The notes under the pieces are model-generated. The model saw only the letters and a program-made list of their open reading frames with translations, made no database searches and was not told the DNA's origin. Positions 27,855 to 32,622 of a DNA stretch of 32,622 bases are shown here, in pieces. Source of the DNA: a virus. The stretch is from the UHGV virus genome UHGV-0161432; one strand, written 5' to 3'. Within the stretch, counting starts at the first letter, position 1. The number at the start of each line of letters is the position of its first letter. The translations under genes were made by a program, and so were the position numbers.

Positions 27855-28448
27855 TCACATTCGGTTGATGGCGTTCATCAGATTCCGGAAATCGGTTTGC
27901 GTGAGTCCACGCCATCCCCTGACCTGACGGTTCAGAGTGCCGTTGATGAACTCGCCACGCGCCTCGGACGGGATGTTGTGGGTGTCCATCGCCTTGACCA
28001 GCTCGGCGTACTGTTCGGCGCTGATGGTACGGTCGGCAGTATCGTAACGCTGTTTCGCATACGCGCCGTCATCGTCTTTGTCGGGGAAGATGCCCAACAC
28101 CGCGTAGAGACTGTAGCGGCGTGCGTAGGTGATCGCGCTACCGACCTGCTGGGGGTCGCCGGTCACGAAGAACGGGTAGGAGCAAGCCACCATCTGTTCT
28201 TCATCGTCGAAGATGATGGTCTCTACTGTTCCGATGACCTGTCGCGCTTCTCCCGTGTTGTCGAACGTGACGCGCTGGCTGAATGCAAGCCCATGCTTCT
28301 CGAAAACGGGTTTGATGGTTTTGAGGATTGTGGCGAGGTTGAGGTATTTGTAAGTCCGGTTGCCTGCCTGTGCGGTTTCGTCGGTGACGAAGTTGGGGAC
28401 TTCGTTGAGGACTTTCATGAACTTGTTGCTGAGGTTGTTGGCTGCCAT
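27855..28448 (-). CDS. ERF-family single-strand annealing recombinase
   Basis: YKYLNL and QQVGSAITYARRYSLYAVLGIFPDKDDDG signature. Confidence 0.92.
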   Translation of the reverse strand: MAANNLSNKFMKVLNEVPNFVTDETAQAGNRTYKYLNLATILKTIKPVFEKHGLAFSQRVTFDNTGEARQVIGTVETIIFDDEEQMVACSYPFFVTGDPQQVGSAITYARRYSLYAVLGIFPDKDDDGAYAKQRYDTADRTISAEQYAELVKAMDTHNIPSEARGEFINGTLNRQVRGWRGLTQTDFRNLMNAINRM

Positions 28449-28473
28449 CTCAAGGCCCTTTCTGATAGTGTGA

Positions 28474-28512
28474 TGATATATAAAGTATATCACATGTTGT
28501 GTGATATTACAA
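28474..28512 (-). promoter_or_regulatory. Sigma-A promoter with palindromic operator upstream of ERF
   Basis: TTGTAA-17-TATACT; TGATATA-TAAAG-TATATCA. Confidence 0.75.
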
Positions 28513-28570
28513 ACTGATGCCTGTATTTCTCAGCATTGCTGAGGGAGTGGCTTTTCTGTGTTTTCGGCGG

Positions 28571-28858
28571 TCACAGCTTCGGGTATGCGCTCCGGTCGAG
28601 TTCCGTCACATCCACAACCTGATTCGGCTGCGGGCCGTCTTCAGCAAAGTCGCCCTCACCGGCCACCATGTCGTTCGCCTGCTCAATGCAGTAATCGACG
28701 TCATCCACAATGTAAGCAATCTCTGGGTTATCAACGGTCTCCAGCCCGCCGACCTCGAAAAAGTCTGCCGACCAGTCGGGGCCGTATCCCGGGTTCTCCT
28801 CATCCCATTCTCGGATGCTGATTTCCACTGCCTTGTTGTTGTCAACTAATACCACCAT
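28571..28858 (-). CDS. Small highly acidic protein (95 aa; 24 D/E vs 4 K/R by hand count)
   Basis: SD AAGGAAAGGA; composition. Confidence 0.75.
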   Translation of the reverse strand: MVVLVDNNKAVEISIREWDEENPGYGPDWSADFFEVGGLETVDNPEIAYIVDDVDYCIEQANDMVAGEGDFAEDGPQPNQVVDVTELDRSAYPKL

Positions 28859-28964
28859 GATGTTTTCCTTTCCTTGATGATCGATGGTGATTGATGGGCG
28901 TGATTGGTAGGCTCACGTCCGAAAGCCCGGAATGTAGGGAGACTACTTACGTTCCCCTCACGCC

Positions 28965-29324
28965 TCACTCTGCAAGCAGTTCGGAAACCGCATTGTCAAA
29001 CTCTTCGGAGAACAGCCAAGTACGATAGAAAACCTCAAGTTTTTCAGGATTATCAAGGGGCGCGTCGTACGCGTAATCGCTAGCGACGAACCCATCCCAG
29101 TCATCTGAGAACATGACGCCATTAATGTTTTCGATTGACTTGGCCGTGTTGCACGTCCATGAACCGTTATCGTTGCCGGTAACCGGAAGCTCAACGTCGT
29201 CATAATGGTCCCAGCACCATTGGTAGGTTGGCGTAATGCCGTCCGCATAATCCTTGAGGGTTTCAACGATTTCATCCCGCAAGTCGGAACGGTATGCCGT
29301 TGCGAAAGTGTTTTCATCACGCAT
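28965..29324 (-). CDS. Small highly acidic protein (119 aa; 27 D/E vs 7 K/R by hand count)
   Basis: SD AAGGAG; first gene after a consensus promoter. Confidence 0.8.
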   Translation of the reverse strand: MRDENTFATAYRSDLRDEIVETLKDYADGITPTYQWCWDHYDDVELPVTGNDNGSWTCNTAKSIENINGVMFSDDWDGFVASDYAYDAPLDNPEKLEVFYRTWLFSEEFDNAVSELLAE

Positions 29325-29366
29325 TTCGATACTCCTTGTTTATGGAATAGATCAAGCCTTATTGCT

Positions 29367-29405
29367 TGATATATTTATTATATCACATTGTGTCTTGTGA
29401 TGCAA
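29367..29405 (-). promoter_or_regulatory. Sigma-A promoter with palindromic operator
   Basis: TTGCAT-17-TATAAT; TGATATA-TTTAT-TATATCA. Confidence 0.8.
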
Positions 29406-29433
29406 ACAAAAAAGGCCGGGACTCGCCCGGCCT
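29404..29433 (-). terminator. Rho-independent terminator closing the modification operon
   Basis: On - strand AGGCCGGG-CGAGT-CCCGGCCT followed by TTTTTGTTT. Confidence 0.85.
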
Positions 29434-29437
29434 GTAA

Positions 29438-30148
29438 TCACTCTTCCTCGGCGTCTTTCCTTGCTATCTCGATGATCTTGGAAACCGCCGCCGCCATATT
29501 CTTGATTCCATTACGTGAAGCGAACGCTGTCACCTGATGAACGAATTCGTCGTACAATTCCATAGGAATCAACCCGAGCATGTCCGAGTTGCAATCATCC
29601 ACGAACTGTTCAAGTTCCTCGTATTCTCGGGTGAGAAACAAAAACTCCACGTTCTTATACTCGTATTTCACATTCAAACCGTTTAGGTTGACTTGCTGCG
29701 GTTCGACGTGTGGTAGGCTGTCCTGATCGAGTCCGCTCAGCAACAAGTCGTCTACGTTGTCCATTTGAGTGACCAACTGCGCCAGTAGTTTCTCGTCGGC
29801 GTGGCCGGTGAGTTCGTTGGCAGCGATCTGTTTCGCAGTGATGGTTGAACGTGTCATAGGTTTCGTGTCCACGATAACCGGAATACGTTGGATACCGGCG
29901 CGGGCGGCGGCTCTTGTACGATGATGGCCCGAAACAATACTTATCGGCCCTTCTCCGTTCGGCTGCGAACAGTACGGCAACGACTCCAGCATTCCTCGTA
30001 GTTTGATGTTCTGTGTCAGCGCGTCGAACTTACGTGGTTCCATGACTTGCGCGTTCAGGTCTTGTTCCTTGAGATTGACCACATCAACCCACTTGATTAC
30101 CAAACCGTCGGCTATGGTCATTTCTTGCGACGTGTCGATATCGGCCAT
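29438..30148 (-). CDS. ParB/Srx-like N-terminal domain protein
   Basis: LNAQVM...FDALTQNI...IVSGHHRTRAA ParB-N motif; SD AGGAGGG; TAATG coupling with the upstream gene. Confidence 0.85.
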   Translation of the reverse strand: MADIDTSQEMTIADGLVIKWVDVVNLKEQDLNAQVMEPRKFDALTQNIKLRGMLESLPYCSQPNGEGPISIVSGHHRTRAAARAGIQRIPVIVDTKPMTRSTITAKQIAANELTGHADEKLLAQLVTQMDNVDDLLLSGLDQDSLPHVEPQQVNLNGLNVKYEYKNVEFLFLTREYEELEQFVDDCNSDMLGLIPMELYDEFVHQVTAFASRNGIKNMAAAVSKIIEIARKDAEEE

Positions 30149-31554
30149 TATTCCCTCCTGTTCTCCTTGGCTAGGAACTGTCCGAGAATGTTCCTTAAGC
30201 CGATCTCGTCGTGCCAATCGCTCTTATACTGCAATTGGTACTGTCCGTTCTTACGGTCGCGTCTGTCCAGCTTCATCAGGCCGCGAAGTCCCTTCGCTTC
30301 GGGGTATCGCGTGTACTCAACGGTTGCCAGCTGATCACATGCATCAACGATGAGCTGCGACTTGGGCGTAGCGCAGAGCTGGAACGTGGAACGACGCAAC
30401 GCTATCATCGTGACCAGTTTCGTAAGCCGATACCGTTCGTGGGATACCCCGAATGCTTGACGCAATACCGCATATCGAGTCGTGTACATAAAGTTCGGCA
30501 AACCATATCCGATGATCCCGGCCACGTAACCGTCGATTAATACGAGAACACACATCGAACTTACGTTTCCCGATATCCTGTGCCGCATGACTTGCAGGTA
30601 CGAGTCTTGGGCCGCGCTATCATGCAACGGTACGACCTCGATTTTGGAACGTTCGGTAATCCGATGATCTCTGGGCAATATCGGTATCGGTATCTCCGCA
30701 GATTTCGACGCCGCCACAGTCACCATGTTACCGCCGACAAGACGTTTGATCTCGTTCGGACGGTTGGAATTCATGTAAATCACACTGTCCAGCCCCAGAC
30801 GCCTAGCGTATACCGGGCTAGTCGTTGCGGCGTTTCCGGGCGTTTGCTGCTGCTGGCATATCAGCAGCGCCTTACGACCATCGAACAGCTTGCAGAGCTG
30901 GGGAATATCGACGGGAGCGTTGAACACGTTGTATTCAGGTTCCGCCCATTGGAACCTACCCCCGGTATCGAAGAACTTTTCATAAGCGCCCGGATACGTA
31001 GGAGGATTGGCGAACACGATGGTGTGCGGATCGTCCATGATACGTTCCGCATACTTCATCGGGTCGGTGGCCTCATATTTCACCCCACCCAGTCTGACCA
31101 TATTCGATGCGATTCGCTCCCGTAACTGGCCGACGTGTTCCGAATCGTTGATATCAAGATCAGCCAAAAGCTCCCGGTAGTAATCGACATCATCGTGCTT
31201 GCTGAGCCGCATACGGTATTGCGCCATGATTACGGTAGCCGCGTCATCCGCAGCGTTCCCGGAGAGAGGTACTGGTGAACCGTCAACCGTTGCTCCCATT
31301 TCAGTGAGAGGCGTCCCGCTATACGCATATCCGAGCGCTGCGGTGTACGCCCACACGTCGCACGCCTCGATCTGCTCCGGCTCCCAACCGTTCTCAACGG
31401 CGACCATGCAGTTCGCGAAGGCTCCGGCGTACAGTTCGACGTATCGCGTATACCCTGACGCGAGTGCCTGCCTAAACAGATTCCCGTTCCAATCACGTTC
31501 GGGCTTATCCCAAGTGTTGAGGAACAGTATGGACGGTGAGTTGAAACCTGCCAT
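30148..31554 (-). CDS. DNA adenine methyltransferase-like protein with an additional C-terminal domain (possibly GNAT/Mom-like)
   Basis: Motif I-like YVELYAGAF, acidic motif II EACDV, motif IV-like IVFANPPTY; extra ~170 aa C-terminal alpha/beta domain (VLVLIDGYVAGIIGY...RLTKLV). Start taken at MAGFNS. Confidence 0.7.
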   Translation of the reverse strand: MAGFNSPSILFLNTWDKPERDWNGNLFRQALASGYTRYVELYAGAFANCMVAVENGWEPEQIEACDVWAYTAALGYAYSGTPLTEMGATVDGSPVPLSGNAADDAATVIMAQYRMRLSKHDDVDYYRELLADLDINDSEHVGQLRERIASNMVRLGGVKYEATDPMKYAERIMDDPHTIVFANPPTYPGAYEKFFDTGGRFQWAEPEYNVFNAPVDIPQLCKLFDGRKALLICQQQQTPGNAATTSPVYARRLGLDSVIYMNSNRPNEIKRLVGGNMVTVAASKSAEIPIPILPRDHRITERSKIEVVPLHDSAAQDSYLQVMRHRISGNVSSMCVLVLIDGYVAGIIGYGLPNFMYTTRYAVLRQAFGVSHERYRLTKLVTMIALRRSTFQLCATPKSQLIVDACDQLATVEYTRYPEAKGLRGLMKLDRRDRKNGQYQLQYKSDWHDEIGLRNILGQFLAKENRRE

Positions 31555-31557
31555 CAG

Positions 31558-31630
31558 ACCGCCCCCCAAGAGTCGAACTTGGTGCCTCCCTGTTCGAGAC
31601 AAGGCGCTCTATCCGGTGAGCTAGAGGCGG
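31558..31630 (-). tRNA. tRNA-Arg(UCG)-like element, 73 nt, non-canonical, no encoded CCA
   Basis: CCGCCTC TA GCTC ACCGGATA GAGC G CCTTG TCTCGAA CAGGG AGGCA CCAAG TTCGACT CTTGG GGGGCGG T folds into a full cloverleaf. Confidence 0.8.
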
Positions 31631-31644
31631 AATAGCAACAGTAA

Positions 31645-32043
31645 TCAGAATAGCACATTTTGTTCGACCTCCAAACCTTTTTGTAATTCCTTGACTTCTT
31701 CACCGGTCTTTTCCTGCCACCATTGGGCGAAAAGCGTTCGGTGGCACAATTCTTTTCTTACATCGTCGAAGCATAGAAGCACGATGTCTTTACCGCCATT
31801 GAGTTGCGATATTGTCTCAAGTTCCGTTCTGATGCGGGCGACACCGTGTGAGTCCAGCATGGCACGATACCGTTCGGTGAATTCTTCGTCGGTTCCTTCC
31901 ATGAACCATCGGCCCGGCGTTACTGTTTTCGCTGATGCTGCGATGTCGTATGGCAGCCGCCATCGTGGCGAACCGTAGGTTATGCGTACCGGTATGCCTT
32001 GCGACGAGGTGAAGTCGCGGTATCGGTTTGTGTAGATCTTCAT
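31645..32043 (-). CDS. DUF488-like protein
   Basis: MKIYT N-terminus, F.ERY...L, IVLLCFD....CHRTLFAQW motif; SD AGAAAGGA. Confidence 0.8.
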   Translation of the reverse strand: MKIYTNRYRDFTSSQGIPVRITYGSPRWRLPYDIAASAKTVTPGRWFMEGTDEEFTERYRAMLDSHGVARIRTELETISQLNGGKDIVLLCFDDVRKELCHRTLFAQWWQEKTGEEVKELQKGLEVEQNVLF

Positions 32044-32063
32044 ATGCATCCTTTCTATGCAAT

Positions 32064-32105
32064 GTGTGATATATATATTATATCATACTGTTAGTTCTGT
32101 GGCAA
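32064..32105 (-). promoter_or_regulatory. Sigma-A promoter with palindromic operator driving the DUF488-tRNA-MTase-ParB operon
   Basis: TTGCCA-17-TATAAT; TGATATA-TATAT-TATATCA. Confidence 0.8.
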
Positions 32106-32622
32106 ATTGCCACCATTCTCAACGTCAGGAAAGAACTCACGCTCCAGAGCCTCCACGCCACCGGTGGCACCCCAATACGCACGCCTCGCCCTCAGAACCG
32201 TCTCCACGTCCGCAGACATGGAATCAGGAAGCCTCCTAGCCATCCAATTCGACAACTGCGCTTCACTGCGCTGATCCCGCTTCTGCCCCCTCCAATTAAC
32301 CGAGTTGGCCAGCCACACGGGCAGAGTCCGCACATACTGCAATGGCGTACCCTCGCAGGACTCCACGAAACGTTTCGCCGCCCTCATAAGCGCATCGGCA
32401 CCAACCTCATCGAACGCCTGATTGAAGCACTGAATGAATCCGTTGGACACCCTGCATTTTTTCGGCCACAATTCCATGAGCGCATTGAGCGTATCCACCG
32501 AATGGCAGGCGACTGTGATTTTTTCTTCGCCGCGCGAGTATTGTTCTTGGGTTTTGTTCTTCTGGGTATTGTTAGTCAAAACCTCGTTTTGGGGTAGGTC
32601 AAAAGCAGGTTTTGAGGGGTCA
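32091..32622 (-). CDS. Phage replication initiator, C-terminal part
   Basis: In frame with 1..377 through PAFDPSK repeats into ...LPQNEVLTNNTQKNKTQEQYSR. Contains the track ORF 32091..32579. Confidence 0.85.
   Translation of the reverse strand, partial: DPSKPAFDLPQNEVLTNNTQKNKTQEQYSRGEEKITVACHSVDTLNALMELWPKKCRVSNGFIQCFNQAFDEVGADALMRAAKRFVESCEGTPLQYVRTLPVWLANSVNWRGQKRDQRSEAQLSNWMARRLPDSMSADVETVLRARRAYWGATGGVEALEREFFPDVENGGNLPQN
32578..32622. repeat. Iteron copies and 21-nt terminal overlap (32602-32622 = 1-21)
   Basis: aaagcaggttttgaggggtca is identical at both ends, with a degenerate copy aaaacctcgttttggggtagg just before. Confidence 0.85.

Noticed and set aside
28890..28930. Hammerhead ribozyme (TTGATGG-stem-CGAAA)
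   Set aside because: Core deviates from CUGANGA at two conserved positions, and I could not build stems I and III.
29438..30148. ParABS plasmid partition system
   Set aside because: No ParA ATPase is seen, there is no evident parS-binding HTH after the ParB-N domain, and the gene is coupled to the MTase-like gene.
31555..31602. N-terminal extension of the MTase ORF to 31602
   Set aside because: The start would lie inside the tRNA-like cloverleaf without an RBS; ATG 31554 is more plausible.

Overview
An apparently complete, circularly permuted ~32.6 kb siphovirus genome of a high-GC Gram-positive host. Bifidobacterium-like is an inference from the AAAGGA(G) RBSs, frequent leaderless genes and gene content. 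The window opens inside the replication-initiator gene, at its 21-bp iteron array: the last 21 nt equal the first 21 nt and the ORF runs in frame across the junction. The + strand carries HTH, SSB, small genes and RusA, then TerS/TerL, a portal-minor head fusion, a Com-like Zn finger, a protease-capsid fusion, head-tail and tail genes, lysis genes, a tail fibre interrupted by an in-frame TAG, and a CBM protein. The - strand carries rep, a self-contained operon (DUF488-like gene, tRNA-Arg(UCG)-like element, adenine-MTase-like protein with an extra C-terminal domain, ParB-like protein), two very acidic early proteins, ERF, a YqaJ-type exonuclease, HTH regulators and HNH. No integrase is visible. 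Most notable are: (1) the DNA-modification operon whose MTase start codon is abutted by a tRNA-like fold; (2) a candidate trans-acting anti-Shine-Dalgarno sRNA complementary to several early gene leaders; (3) a candidate antisense copy-control RNA over the rep start; (4) a family of promoter/palindromic-operator elements; (5) an RNA switch or pseudoknot between terS and terL. All family assignments come from motif recognition by eye, not database searches.
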